This document shows positions 31,818-46,409 of a stretch of DNA of 64,000 nucleotides, one piece after another (the first letter of the stretch is position 1; every line of letters starts with the position of its first letter). Source of the stretch: the human T2T-CHM13v2.0 reference genome, Homo sapiens; the NCBI RefSeq assembly GCF_009914755.1, contig NC_060930.1, one strand, 5' to 3'. The notes beneath the pieces were generated by a model. It was not told where the DNA came from, searched no databases, and was given only the letters and a program-made list of their open reading frames with translations. A program made the translations under genes and the position numbers.

Positions 31818-32359
31818 TTTTTTGTTGCACAATTGAAGTATTCAAAAAGGGTAAAAAAAATCAAGTTTTTAAATATTTAAACTAATTCAATTAAAGTATA
31901 AAAGGCCACTTAAAAGTGATGGTTAAAAGTTGCCAGATTCATAAACAAAGTAATAAGGTTTATGAGTTGGACTTAAAAATTCAAGGAATAATGAGGAATT
32001 TAAATTTGTAATTTTAATAAATAAAGTATTAATTTAAGAAAATCACAGTATCCCCTTAGTAATTTTTCCTGTCTATAAAAGCCCCTATCAAGGATGCCAC
32101 AAAACTCATCTAGATAAGCTTGGGTTGTCATATTGGAACTCATCATATAAATAAATTTACCCAAAATTGTTTATGACCATGAATGACAAAGCTTTACTGT
32201 GCTCAAGCACATTTGCATTTTAGAATAAGATAAACAGCTTTGTTCAAAGAATGAAAGTCTAATGGTGAAATTTTGCCGCCATTGCAGGGCTAGTGCCCCT
32301 CATGTCACATTATGAGGTTAGCTTCTTTTACAGATTCAAAGGATAAAACAAGGGCCCTC

Positions 32360-33186
32360 TACTTTGTCCCTGCTGAATTCTCGAGACCTAGAACAGGCAC
32401 ATAATTGATGCTTATTAAAGATGTACAAATTAATGATCAGATTTTAGCCAGGGCCAGATTTCAGTTTTAGAAACATCACTCTGGCTGTAATATGAAAGTT
32501 AGATGGAAGAGGTAACACTAGAGAGGAGACCAAGCAGGAAGTTGGTGGCAAACCCTGACAGTAGACACACGGCCATGGCTTCCAGGGTTTTGGACTAAAA
32601 TCCTACCCTCTTCAGGAAATGACTAGTCTCATTCTGGAAAACATCTGTTGGCTTATTAGTGGTCTCTGAGGGAGGCTAAAAGCCTGACCCTGGGGTGCCC
32701 TGTGACCATGTGGCCCATACTTCTCATCATGAATGGGTCTTCTCTGGACCATTAAACCATGAAGCAGGAGGAGCATAGCAAGACTGGATCCAACCTTACA
32801 GCACAAATAAAACTGCAGGATGTCAAGGATCAATGGACAAGGTGACCTGTTCTGTGGACATGTGACCTACTCAGTTTCACACTCTGGCATTTTCTCAATG
32901 TGCTCGTGAGCAAATGTCTGTGCAGTAAGGTCAGGGGTCCCACATGGCTCAGAAGAATAGGCCTCCTCTCACTGAGGCTGACTTGGCTGCTGCAGGCCTG
33001 AGTGTCCCGTCAGTCAATGGCAGGAAGCAGCCCGTGAACATCTTGGAGGGGGCAGTGATTTGTCCTCAATGGGGGAGACACATCCAGATTTGGGTTTGCC
33101 TTCTGAGCCCATCATACTCATGTGACTTATTGAATGTCTTATTCACCAGGGTTTTTTACCAAAACACTGCTTCTGATTAAGAACTC
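32360..33186 (+). repeat. Left arm of a long inverted duplication (L2 pieces plus ERVL pol/integrase remnant)
   Basis: Reverse complement of 46734-47625; 133/137 identical over 32434-32570; ORF 32944 AQKNRPPLTEADLAAA resembles ERVL integrase AQQHGLPLTKADLATA. Confidence 0.95.
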
Positions 33187-33199
33187 AGTTGGCTTTGGG

Positions 33200-34270
33200 T
33201 CTGCTTACTTCCAGTCAGTACCTGGGCCACTGGCCACTCTCAATGTTCTTTTCTGCACGTGGATATTCAGGCTGACCTATTTCCTGGCTTGTAGGTTTGA
33301 CACACTTTTCTTTCCTGTTTGAATCGTAGGTACCTTGAAGCTATCTGAAAAAAAAAAAATTGGCTTGGGTAGAAAGGCAACACCCTGGATTTGTTCTTTG
33401 CCTGAGGCTTCCTCTCTGTGTGGCTGAGGAGTCTTAACAGGCCTTTGAGAAAGGGCGTGAGTACTGGTTTTATCACTTGCAGCTCTGGTTCAATTAAGTG
33501 CTATTATAAGCCTCTTTACGTATCAGTTGGCTTTTCAACCCTTAACAAGTCTCTTCTTTTTGGATGCTCTCTACTTTCTTCCAGCTCTGCTTGCAAACTT
33601 GTCAATTCTTGTCTTAGTTGATCACTTTTTTAAAAACCTGTTTATAGACAGCAAAGAGAAGCCAACACAGATTGACATTTGGATTCTTTCCAATAGCTTC
33701 ATTTGAAGCAATAGGAGAAGCGATCTGCTTCTCCAGTTATTGTAGGTAATAGCTTTGCCAAATGTTTTTTGACAATAGAACAAGGGTGGTCAACATTTTA
33801 GCCTGAAATACCCACGTCCCCATCACCTGTGATTCTCTCATTGTACCAATGCCACATCTTAGGTTTCAGTTATGGCAGCACTATGCACATTTCTGTATTA
33901 TTTAGGGCAAGTGCCCAGCTGCTGCAAAGAGAAGCCAAAATGCCCTGGTTTAAATAGGATAGATATTTATTTCTCTCACATATTACAGTGCAGTACAGTG
34001 CAGGTTCTGTTCCAGGAAATCATTCAGGGATGCATTTGAGTGAAGTCAAGCAATTGTCTTCAAATCATAGCTTCCACAGCTGCTAAAGACATAGAAAAAG
34101 GAAAGGTGATTTGAAAGTAAACATCTTTCAGAAGAGGAACTGGAAGATGAACATACCAATTTCATTCATTTCCATTTGGTGAGAACTCAGGTAATTGGCT
34201 ACATTTAGCTGCAAAAAGTTTGAAAAAAGTCATCTTAAGTCGGGGCAGCCCCACCGAAGAAAAAGTGAGA
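33200..34270 (-). mobile_element. Old MaLR (MLT1J/K/L-like) internal fragment plus LTR (LTR from ~33894)
   Basis: gccacatcttaggtttcagttatggcagcac...ttc|tgtatta junction; atttatttctctcacat; ccatttggtgagaactcag. Confidence 0.6.
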
Positions 34271-34662
34271 ATAGTTTTGGGGGGTTAACCAATATTATGG
34301 TCAGCATACTGGTCTACCTTATTCTTTATAGTGCTTATGTAGCATACGACTTAACAGATATACGGTAATTTTTCAACCATGTCCCTCTTGGAGGATTTTT
34401 AGATTGTTTCCAATATATTGCTATTATAATCCCTCTTTATACATAAATATTTGTGCCCTGTAATTTTATAATTTGTGTCCAAACTGCCCTCTGAAGTTGT
34501 ATTATCCTATCCTCATACTAAGGGTGCTGGCTTCCCCATGGCTTCACAAAATTGCGTCTTATCTGACTTTTTAGTTTTTGCCAATTTATTAGGTAAAAGA
34601 TGGTGTCTTGTTTTAGCTTGCATTTAAAAAATTATGTTTAGCATTTTTTCCTTCCTTTATAA

Positions 34663-35040
<378 letters not shown>

Positions 35041-35163
35041 CTCCCTCCTTCCTCCCTCCTTTCCTTCCTTCCTTCCTTCCTTCCTTCCTTCCTTCCTTCC
35101 TTCCTTCCTTCCTTCCTTCCTTCCCTCCTTCTGTCTCTCTCTCTCTCTCTCTCATCTCTCTCT
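35041..35163. repeat. (CCTT)n plus (CT)n microsatellite
   Basis: Read directly; a similar pyrimidine tract at 34670-34745 lies on the other side of the Alu. Confidence 0.95.
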
Positions 35164-35303
35164 AGTTTTGGAACTGCCTATTCTAACCCTTTATAACTTT
35201 CCTGTTGAGTTTTTGGTAAGTTTTAAAAATAAATTTTAATGAGAATTTTATAGATGCATAACACTTTTCCAAGTATAGTATTCCTGGGTGTCACTGAACA
35301 CCA

Positions 35304-35515
35304 CAGGTGGGCAAACTACAGCTTGGAGGCCAAATCTGTCCTGTAAATGGCATTTTATTGGAACACAGTCATGCTCATTTGTTAACATATGGTCTATGGC
35401 TGCTTTTGCCCTACAACGGCTGAACTGAGTGGTTTTGACAAATATTATATGGCCTTGAGTCTAAAATATTTACTCTCTAATCTTTACACAGAAAAAGTTT
35501 GCTGATTCTTGCCCC
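35304..35515. mobile_element. MER58A
   Basis: ggcaaactacagc...ttttattggaacacagtcatgc...tttacacagaaaaagtttgctga. Confidence 0.88.
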
Positions 35516-36125
35516 AGACTCCATGAAAGAATCTCCAGTGTTGTGGGCTGTACACGTATATTTTGAAAAAAGCTTCTCAAGTTTCTAAAGTTTGAGAAGC
35601 ATGTTTGGAAAAAAAAGTATCCAAAGTTTGAGAAACATGATTTAGTTAGTAGTAGAATACAGAAAGGCATACTTTCCCATCAGACTCCTTTTCACATCTT
35701 CTGCATTTCTTCCCCTTTTCTTTCCACATCTGACCACCCCAAACCAAAGTTTTAAGAGAAACATCTAGGGGGTTTCCAAGTTAGTATGGCTAGTAATAAT
35801 CTGTCTTATTACTCAGGCATTGCAAAATTCCTTAGCTGTAGTAAAACTTTATAAACAGTAAAAATTTGGGGCAAAAGCAAAAAATGGACATTTCTCACAT
35901 CTTGAAAAAGAAAACACAATTCTTCTCTTTAGAAAATAATATTGATATGCACAGTTGTACATGTGAGTGCCTAGACATGTATATATTAGCATAATGATGT
36001 GTGTGTATGTTTATGCATGACACACATGGAAACATATACATTGGAAGCACCGCTTTGGATCAAACTCATGATTCAGACAGTCCAGTATATTGTTTCTAGT
36101 ACATGTCTCCAGCCACCCTCAAACC

Positions 36126-36638
36126 TGCCAAGACCAGCTCGGTTGGGGAGACCCTAACCCAACAGCGCTAGAGGAATTAAAGACACACACACAGAAATAT
36201 AGAGGTGTAGAGTGGGAAATCAGGGGTCTCACAGCCTCCAGAGCTGAGAAGCTCAAACAGAGATTTACCCACTTATTTATTAACAGCAAGCCAGTGATAA
36301 GCATTGTTTCTATAGATTATAGAGTAACTAAAAGTATTCCTTATGGGAAACAAAGGGATGGGCTGAAATAAAGCGATGGGTTTGGCTAGTTATCTGCAGC
36401 AGGAGCATGTCCTTAAGGCACAGATCGCTCATGCTATTGTTTGTGGATTAAGAACGCCTTTAAGTGGTTTTCCACCCTGGGTAGGTCAGGTGTTCCTTGC
36501 CCTCATTCCGGTAAACCCACAACCTTCCAGCGTGGGTGTCATGGCCATCACGAACATGTCACAGTGCTGCAGAGATTTTGCTTATGGCCATTTTTTGGGC
36601 CAGTTTATGGCCAGATTTTGGGGGGCCTTTTCCCAACA
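36126..36638 (-). mobile_element. Solo LTR MER9 (HERV-K9/HML-3)
   Basis: Minus strand starts TGTTGGGAAAAGGCCCCCCAAAATCTGGCCATAAACTGG and ends GCTGGTCTTGGCA; 513 bp; TSD aaacc on both sides. Confidence 0.92.
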
Positions 36639-37571
36639 AAACCTTTCACAAACAAGGAAATAACCACTTAAACATCTGAAGCTTTCGATGTCAATCTCAA
36701 AGTTACAGGATTAGTCTGAATGATCCTACTTTCCCTTAGTACTCCATTTGACTCTGTTATTTGTGACTTTATTAGATCCTCTTTAAAAGGTATTTATATA
36801 TTATCCCTACTCTCATTCCACTCCAACAAAGTGCAATAGGGTTCTGCTCCTAAGGACAGAAAACACTCCAGGGGACGGCATGCAATTATTACTTAAGTCA
36901 CTAAAGCAGCATTTATTTTCTGTGTTATTTTCTCTCTCATTGCAGGAAATGTTTCAATACCACCTGAATTTCAGGCAAATGCTCATATAAAGTTTTTTTC
37001 CCTAAATGTTAATAGATTTAATTTCCTAAATGATGAGGAAATTCTGTATTTGCTGCACTGATGGCCTAGAATCTTCTTATGTGTGAACTAGAATTTCAAA
37101 CAGCTTCATAACTTAAAAGGTAGAATTGAAGCATACCAAAAACAATGTAAGCATTGCATATGTTCCTTTGGCTTGGAGTTTAGAATTGGTATTTCCTTTC
37201 AGATGGTGCATTTATTGCCAAAGATTCAAGGGACTATGTTTCATTTAATAGGTGCATTATGTTAGAAACAGTAATCTGGATCACAGAATTAATAGATTTT
37301 TCTAGAAATGGAAATATTATTATTATTCAGAAAAAGAAATTAGGTGCTTCATAAGATTTCTAGGCTCTTAGCAAATGAATTGTGGAATTTAATGGGCTGG
37401 CCATGGCCCCTCTGTTCTGAATATCTTATGTTAAGTTCACTGTGTGGGAATTCTATGTTCATGCCCAGTTTGAGCCATGTGCAGAGCTATAGATGATCCT
37501 GTATTAAGATGTCCTTTAAACACAATGCACACACTGAGATGTTTTGACTTAATAAAGTGAATATTAGTTAA

Positions 37572-38043
37572 TGTGATGGTTAATTTCAGACATCAACCCA
37601 AAAGGGCTAAAGGATTCCCAGATAACTGGCAAAATATTATTTCTAGGTGTGTCTGTGAGGGTGTTTTGGGAATAGATTAACGTTTGAATCAGTGGACTGG
37701 GTAAAGAAGATCCACCCTCACCAACGTGGGCAGGTGTCATCCAATTCGTTGAGGGCCAGAATAGAACAAAAAGGTGGATGAAGGAAGGGGTTTCCTCTTT
37801 CTTGAGCTGGGACACCCATCTCTTCCTGCCCTTGGACATTGGAGCTTTTGGTTCTCAGACCTTCAGACTCTGGGACCCAGACTAGCAGCCTTTGACTGAG
37901 TTACACCATTGGCTTTTCTGGCCTTTAGAGTCACACATCATCAGCTTTCCTGATTCTCCAGCTAGCAGATGGCATATTGTGGGACTTCTCAGCCTCTGTA
38001 ACTATGTGAGCCAATTCCCATAATGAATCTCCTTTTATATCTG

Positions 38044-38089
<46 letters not shown>

Positions 38090-38158
38090 ATCTATCTGTC
38101 TATCGTCTATCTATCTATCTTATTGGATTTGTTTCTCTGAAGAACTAGGACTAATACA
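37572..38158 (+). mobile_element. ERVL solo LTR, MLT2B-like
   Basis: tgtgatggttaattt...ctaataca; perfect 5-bp TSD gttaa. Confidence 0.92.
38037..38120. repeat. (TCTA)n tetranucleotide STR inside MLT2
   Basis: About 11 perfect units plus interrupted units. Confidence 0.95.
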
Positions 38159-38164
38159 GTTAAC

Positions 38165-38454
<290 letters not shown>

Positions 38455-38649
38455 ACAGTTAACATTTTTTTAATCTTCAAGGTTTTAAGATTGATATTCC
38501 TTATCCTATTCAATACAGATTTAGTTTACCTGTTCATTTCATCCTTAGGTTTCAATAACTTTTATTTCATCACTGATAACACCTCTTTTTCTTAGTGTCT
38601 CTCTTCACTCATGTTGATCATGTAGATCAAAGGCTGGTAAACTATTGAA

Positions 38650-39295
38650 AGTATAGCAGCAAAAGAAAAAATAAATACATTAGTCTACATCAAAATTAAA
38701 AACTTCTGTGCATCAAAAAACACAATCAACAAAGTGAAAAGTCAGTCCACAGAATGGGAGAAAATGTTTGTAAATCCTATATACGATAAATGGTTAATAT
38801 TCCAAATATATAGAGAACTACAACTCAAAAACAAGAAAACCAAAAAACTTGATTAAAAAGTGGGCAAAGGACCTGTATAGACATTTCTCCAAAGAAGATG
38901 TAAAAATGATCAATAAGCACATGAAAATATGCTCAACATCATTAATATTTAGGGGAATGCAGATCAAAACCATATAACCCCTTATACCCATTAGGATGGC
39001 TACTATTAGAAAAAAACCCAAAATAACAAGTATTGGTGAGAATGTGGGAAATTGGAATGAAGCACTGTTAATGGAAGTGTAAAACGGTGCAGTCTCTATG
39101 GAAAACAGCATGGTGGTTCCTAAAAAAATTAAAAATAGAATTACCATATGATTCAGCAATGCCATTTCTGGGTATACACCCAAAAGAATTTAAAGCAGGG
39201 ACTTGAAGAGAGATTTGTTCACCCATGTTCATAGCAGCATGATTTGTAATAGCCAAAAAATGGAAGTGACCCAAGTGTCCATCAACAGGTGAATA
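38650..39295 (+). mobile_element. L1M (L1MA/MB-like) ORF2 3' fragment
   Basis: acatcaaaattaaaaacttctgtgcatcaaaa...atagaattaccatatgattcagcaat. Confidence 0.88.
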
Positions 39296-39389
39296 ATTTG
39301 TAAAGCATGTTAGTGATTTCTTTCTTTGCTCCTGTAAGGCTATCTATCCATCCTGCACAATTCCTTGAGGAATTATCTGTCTAATCTAC

Positions 39390-40268
39390 TTATCTATTGC
39401 TGCATAGCAAATTATCCCTAAAGGTAGCAATTTAAGACAACAAAGATTTGCTTTCTCATATAATTGAGAGTTGGGAATTTGGAACAGATTAGTTGGTACA
39501 TGAAGTTGCATTCAAGCTGAGCTGGGGATACAGTCTTCTTAAGGCTTAACTGAGGCTGGAGGATATAAACAGAAACCCAAGCTCATTCAGGTGGTTGCTG
39601 GCAGAAGGCTTCAGTTCATCACATTATGGATTTCTCCATAAGGTTGCTCATGACATGGCAGCTGGTTTTACTTAGAGGAGTGATCTGAGAGATAAAGATT
39701 GGAGATAGAGATAGAAATAGAAGTATAGATATGTAGATATGCAGTAGTACCCTCTTAACTGGGTTTCGCTTTCTGTAATTTCAGTTACCACTGCCAATTG
39801 CAGGCCAAAACTCTTAAGTGAAAAATTTCAGAAATAAACCCTTTGTAAGTTTTCAGTTGCATGCCATTTTGAGTAGCATAATGAAATCTTGCACTGTCCT
39901 GCTTCATCCTGCTTGGAACATGAATCATTCTTGCGTCCAGTGGATTCACACTGTATGTGCTGCCCAGCCATGAGTCACTTAGTAGCTGGGTCAATTATCA
40001 GATGGCAAAAACATAGCGTATGTAGGGTTCTGTACTATCTGCAGTTTCAGGCATCCACCGAAGGTTTTCCACTGGGGAACAGATCCTCCGTGGATAGACG
40101 GGGTGGGGAATACTGTGTATAGTGTCTTTTATAACTCAGTCTCAAAAGTGACATGCTCTCATTTCTGCTATAATGGTCAGGTCTGATATAATACGGGAGG
40201 GGACTACACAGGGTGTGAATCGTAGGAGGCAGGGATTTTGGGGGCAGTCTTGGAATCTGGCTACCACA
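39390..40268 (-). mobile_element. MLT1H-like LTR interrupted by MER44
   Basis: tctattgctgcatagcaaattatccc...; ggactacacagggtgtgaat...ctggctaccaca. Confidence 0.75.
39742..40115. mobile_element. MER44A-like Tigger7 derivative
   Basis: cagtagtacc...gagtcacttagtagc...tctgcagtttcaggcatccac...tactg. Confidence 0.85.
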
Positions 40269-40980
40269 CCTACTGACGCTTTGTGACCCCTCAAGTTTCA
40301 GCCCTCAGTAGCCTACCCTACAGCAAATTCCTCCCGGAGTCTTCCAGCTCCAGTAGCCCTCTTGTATTGAGTTCCTTCAAGACAGCTCATACCCAGCTAC
40401 CAATTCGTCTCATGAGAAAATCGCTGTCTCTGCCATATTGATTGAGTGGTAGAAACACAGACTTGTGCTCCTGCCTCAACTGTACCCTTGTGCTGCCATC
40501 ACGAGCCGCTTTAGAAGAGTCTAGAAAATTCCCATTGTTTGTTTTCTTTAACTATTTTGCTATTATTTCCAGATAAGCATCATTATACTTGATTAAATAG
40601 ACATAAAATATTACTGTTTTAAGAACATCACATTGGTGTTTTCTGTTGGTGTTTTCTTGCCTTTAATACTATTGATTGACTACCATTTGTTCAGTCTTTT
40701 CAGTTAAATAATTTTATGTGTGCAAGTGATGTGTTATGATCAGTAATTACTTCTTCATTTAATAAAGAATGTGAAGTTGCAGGGATTCTGTCTGAACTGA
40801 TTAAGCTGTGCATTTGATAATATTTTTCTTGCTTATTTTCATTGTTTTCACCGGTAATTAAATTTTTATGAAAGATTTTAAAGTCTAGTTTCTCCCATTG
40901 TTTTCAGATTTTGAGTTTAAGCTAACCATTTCTTTGAAGATGTTCTTACATATCTTTTTCTTTTTACCTCCCCCATCTCC

Positions 40981-41226
40981 TTTTTTTAAATTTAAATTTT
41001 AAGTTCTGGGGTACATGTGCAGGATGTGCAGGTTTGTTTCATGGGTAAATGTGTGCCATGGTGGTTTGCTGTACCTATCAACCCATCCCCTAGGTATTAA
41101 GCCCAGCATGCATTAGCTATTTTTCCTAATGTTCTCCCTCCCTCCCACTACCCCACCTCCCCCAACAGGCCCCAGTGTGTGTTGTTCCCCTCCCTGTGTC
41201 CACGTGTTCTCATTGTTCAACTCCCA
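40981..41226 (-). mobile_element. Short L1PA 3'UTR fragment
   Basis: gtacatgtgcaggatgtgcaggtttgt...tgttctcattgttcaactccca. Confidence 0.9.
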
Positions 41227-42403
41227 TCCCCCACCCCTTTGATACATGTTTGATCAAGTCTATCATTACACAGATGAAAAAATTATATAAGATTTGTTTT
41301 ATATTATGAAATCCAGATGATCAATTCCTACCATATTCTTGACTTGTAGTTATTCTCAATGATTTAGTATTAAAAAATATAATTGTGTTCAGACTGTTTG
41401 GATTTTAAATATATTTATATCTATCTATAATTAAAATAAATAATAAAGGGAAATATAAAAATTATTTCATTTTTAAAAAGTTATTTTTCACTAACGTATT
41501 TGGGATATCTTGTTAAAATAAAAGGTAAAATAAAATTAAATAATAAATTATATGTACAATTGGTGAGATTTTAGAATCAAGATGGTCTAAGCTGAAACAA
41601 TGTTTTGTAATTTTAATTAAATCTTACTACATATATTAATGAAAATAACACAATTTATAATTATAGTGTTCCATCTTGCTTTAGTTGTCTAGATAAGTAA
41701 TTGACATATTACATCTACACCTATTAGATATAGTTTTAAGAAAAAAATGAATTGTTCAATGTGGAAAAGTATTTCTTAGCTACTACTATGTGCAACTGCT
41801 GCACATCTCACACTAGTTTGTGAAAGCCTCTAAAACATGTTTTGGAGCATGAACAGAAGCAAGTAAATGGATGCTGCTGGAACGTGGTGCTTCATGATGC
41901 AAACATTTATTAGTTTAATGCTGTGAGGAAGGAACGATTTGGCAAATAGATTTTTCTTTTCTCTTTTTAAGCACTTCTACCTCGCAAGTCCTCATTGATG
42001 TCTGAAGCTGTCTCTCTGGCATACTCCATAGCAGAATCCATCACTCTATACCCTACTTTATTTCTAGACATAGGGTAAGAGATGTGAACTACAGTTATTC
42101 CTGTGGTATAACTGGTATTGGTCAAGAGAGCAGGTGTTTCGAGTTATGGGTTACACATGCCAGCACATTGGATGTGGTGTACAATATATGTTCAATGTAT
42201 TTTTACTGAGTCAAATCATCTGTAGTAATTAGGTCACCTTAACTGAGACTGGATCTAGTGCTACTGAGGCCATGAGACTCAGAGCAGAAGGAGGTTGACA
42301 GATTGTTTAACTTCCTAGGAGCTTTAATGTTTGAAGAAAATATGTTCTTAATGGTTGTTTAATGTTCAATTAATAAATAATTTAAATTTATTAATCAATT
42401 GCC

Positions 42404-42715
<312 letters not shown>

Positions 42716-44316
42716 TAAAAAGGTGACATTTCCCTAAAGGATTACATGGCACTTACACAAGTAATAAAAAAAAGTCTTATGAGTTTTACCAATTAGATTT
42801 CACCAAATATTTAAACATTTATTAAACATTTAATTAAAGGCCTTTACATTTTAATTTAAATGAAGATTCATAAGTACTTTAAATCCCATAAGAAACACAA
42901 ATGTATAAAACATTGCAAAGTTTACAAAACCAATTAAAGATGTTATACCAAAATGATTATGAGCAGAAGAGATAAAATATTACTTTTTGTTCTTATCCTG
43001 CACATTCCTAGGGTTTTATTTTTTACATTTTCTAGGGGTTTCAATAATCCTGCCAGCCATTGTTTTATTACTAGCTTATGATTTTTGTAACCCTACCGGA
43101 CCCAAAGAAAAATGAAGGTTATTGCAGGATAGCTGACATTGCAGGTTCTTTGGTAGAAATCACAAGTTTTTGAGTGGCAACATCCAAGAAATTCAAACCC
43201 AAGTGTTGATAACAGGCTGAGTCTGTTTTATAAAAACGTACTCATTTCATTATGGAACTCGCAGGTCCTTGCCTTTTATGAAGATTCTCAGTTTTTGAGA
43301 TGTGTCTTTCTTCAAATGGGGTATCCTTTAAGTTTTTGAGAATAGCTGTACATTTTGGTATATAGACATAGATTCCTGATATTTTAAAAATACAAGTGTT
43401 TATCATTAGTATTTTATTAAAATTAGTAGCTATAATTAGTAGAAATTTTCCTTCCCTAGAAAGTAGGAGATTGAGTTTTTCTGGGTAGTTTTCTTCTCTA
43501 GAACATTTGGTGAATATGTCCTTTTGGAAGCCTCCTGCGGCCTCTCTTTGTAATTGATCTTACTATGAGAACCCACATGTGCTGGGCCTTCCTCTCTCTG
43601 CCTGTTGTATAAAATCAGCAGAGCTGATCAGATCTTCCTGTTCTTGGCAGGGTTCCTACTTTTCTGGGATTGTTTGGTTCGCTCACATGTTTTTGTTCAC
43701 CCTTTCCTGTTTACATAGGCAGAAACAAATACATATACAGTTTGAAATATATAGAGATGCTTAATTGAAGAACAAAATCTCCATATCACCTTTTCATATA
43801 TTCATGATTTCTTCAATATTTTTATATTTGTATTTATATACATTTTTAAAATATTTTTATATTTTATATGTTATATATTTAAAAGTCATTAAAAATTAAA
43901 ACCAATTCTTTTCATTTTATTATTACAACCAATTTTTTTCTGCATGTTATGCTGACTTTTCTCTTTTGAGCTTTGCTTTGAACTCATTCTCAAATTGGCA
44001 TAACTTGGCTGACGGGAAGTAAGCTGCCTTCTACTTCAACCTTTTAGCTCTGCCCCGATTTTCTTATGACAAAAATAGTGTCGTAAGAAACATCTGGGTT
44101 TTTTCTTCCATACGGACTCATTGAAGAGTCCTGTAGCTTTGAATTGGAGATTAGTGTTAGAGACCTAAATCTGAGGGTTGGGATGCATCTGAGAATTGTG
44201 AACGGTGAGAACTGTCACTGCTACTATGGATTGAATGAAAGGTAATGATATTTTTGAGGTTATGGCTCCACATTAATCTTCCAAATTTATCCTTGTGCCA
44301 TATCTCATTTTCATTA

Positions 44317-44794
<478 letters not shown>

Positions 44795-44895
44795 AAATAT
44801 CTTTCAACAGTGACAAAGCAGAGCTTAGTGAAGAGAGATAGTGCTTTTAGGGGATTAGTGAGATCCTCTAGCTGGATCATCCAGAGGAAAAGATT

Positions 44896-45760
44896 TATGT
44901 ATGTATGTATGCGTGTTTGATGTGATATGTGTGTGTCATGTGGTATGTGGTCTGTGTGTAGTGTGTGTGTATGTGGTATGTGGTATGTGAGTGTATGGTG
45001 TAATGCATTGTGTGTGGTGGGTATATGTGTATGGTGTGTATGTGGTGTGGTATGTGGTGTGTGTGTGGTGTATTGTGTGTGTTTGTGTGTGTGGTGTAGG
45101 GCATTGTGCATGGTGGGTGTATATGTATGGTGTGTGTAGTGTGGGGTGTGATATATGTGTTTGATGTATGTGTGTGTTATGTGTATAGTGTGGTGTATGT
45201 GTGTGGATGTGGTGCATATGTGGTGCGTGTGTGTAGTGTGTATGTAGTATGTTTTCTGTGTGTGGTGTGTGGATGTGGTGTGTGTGTAGTGCATTATGTG
45301 TGGTGGGTGTATATGTATGGTATATGTGATGTGTGTAGCATGATGTCTGTGTGTGTGTGTATGTGTGTAGTGCATTGTGTGTCGTGGGTATATATGTATG
45401 GTGTGTGTACTGGGGGTGTGATGTATGCATATGGTGCATATGAGGTATGTGTGTGGTGTGTGCATAGTGTGTTGATATATATGCTGTGTGTGTGTGGTGT
45501 GCATGTAGTGTGATGTGTGTGGTGTATGTGTGTGGATGTGTGTGTGTGGTGTGAGTGTAGTGTGTATGTAGTGTGCTTTCTGTGTGTGTTGTGTGTGTAG
45601 TGTATGTGTGTGGATGTGGTGTGTGTGGTGTGTGTGAAGTGTGTATGTAGTGTGTTTTCTGTGTGTGGTGTGTATGTAGTGTGATGTATATGTGGTGTAT
45701 GGTGTGGTATGTGTTTGGGGGTTGTGTATGTGTTGTGTGTATGTTGTGTGTGCATGTGTT
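44896..45760. repeat. Long imperfect (TG)-rich tract with higher-order subrepeats
   Basis: About 860 bp nearly devoid of C; source of the His/Thr-rich and Cys/Val-rich ORFs. Confidence 0.95.
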
Positions 45761-46409
45761 GGGATAAGAAGAGGGAGATTGGTTGAGACTTAAGCTAAGA
45801 TGGGTATGGCATGCCCAAACAGTCTTGAAATTTTTGATATAAAGTTTTATTTTTTCCTATCTTTTGATGTTGATTGAATTAGGGTAGTGGTTAGTATTGC
45901 TTTTGAGTGTTGATTTTAGAAGCATTTTAGGTTGAGTCAAAGGGACAAACAGTATATCAGCATCACTCTTTTTTTGCCAGCTTTTTTTTTTTTGAAGCAA
46001 AAACAAAATTCCAATTCCTTAAGAAGAGCAAAACATGCACCCACATGACCACTGCTTTCAGAGAGAAAGTCTTGGTGGGGAGCTATGGTGACACTCATTT
46101 AAGTGACAATGAAGTTACTTACATACATTCAGAAATTTATACAAAGAGGGCTTTGTGCATGGAGACAGGCGGGCCAGGCACATCCTGGTAGTGCAACAAG
46201 CCCTTGGAAATCTGGGCACATCTTGTCTTTCTACTTTCACATCCTCCTGTATATAGGGGCTTTTGTCCTTATTCTTGTTGCCTCAGGGTTAAAAGATGCT
46301 TTCTGCACCTCACAAAATGCTTTCTGTCGACTCTACTATCAGGAACTAGGGGAAAGAGATGAGGGTGAAAGTTGTGGCAGTACCTATTTAATAACATAAT
46401 TAAAGTATT

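Noticed and set aside
36930-37255. Possible micro-exons after tgcag (36945) and tttcag (37202)
   Set aside because: Weak or non-canonical donors and no recognisable peptide
43070-43330. Coding-looking stretch (KKNEGYCRIADIAG / FEWQHPRNSNPSVDNR)
   Set aside because: Stops in all frames, weak splice signals and no family recognised; only tblastx could rescue it as a pseudo-exon
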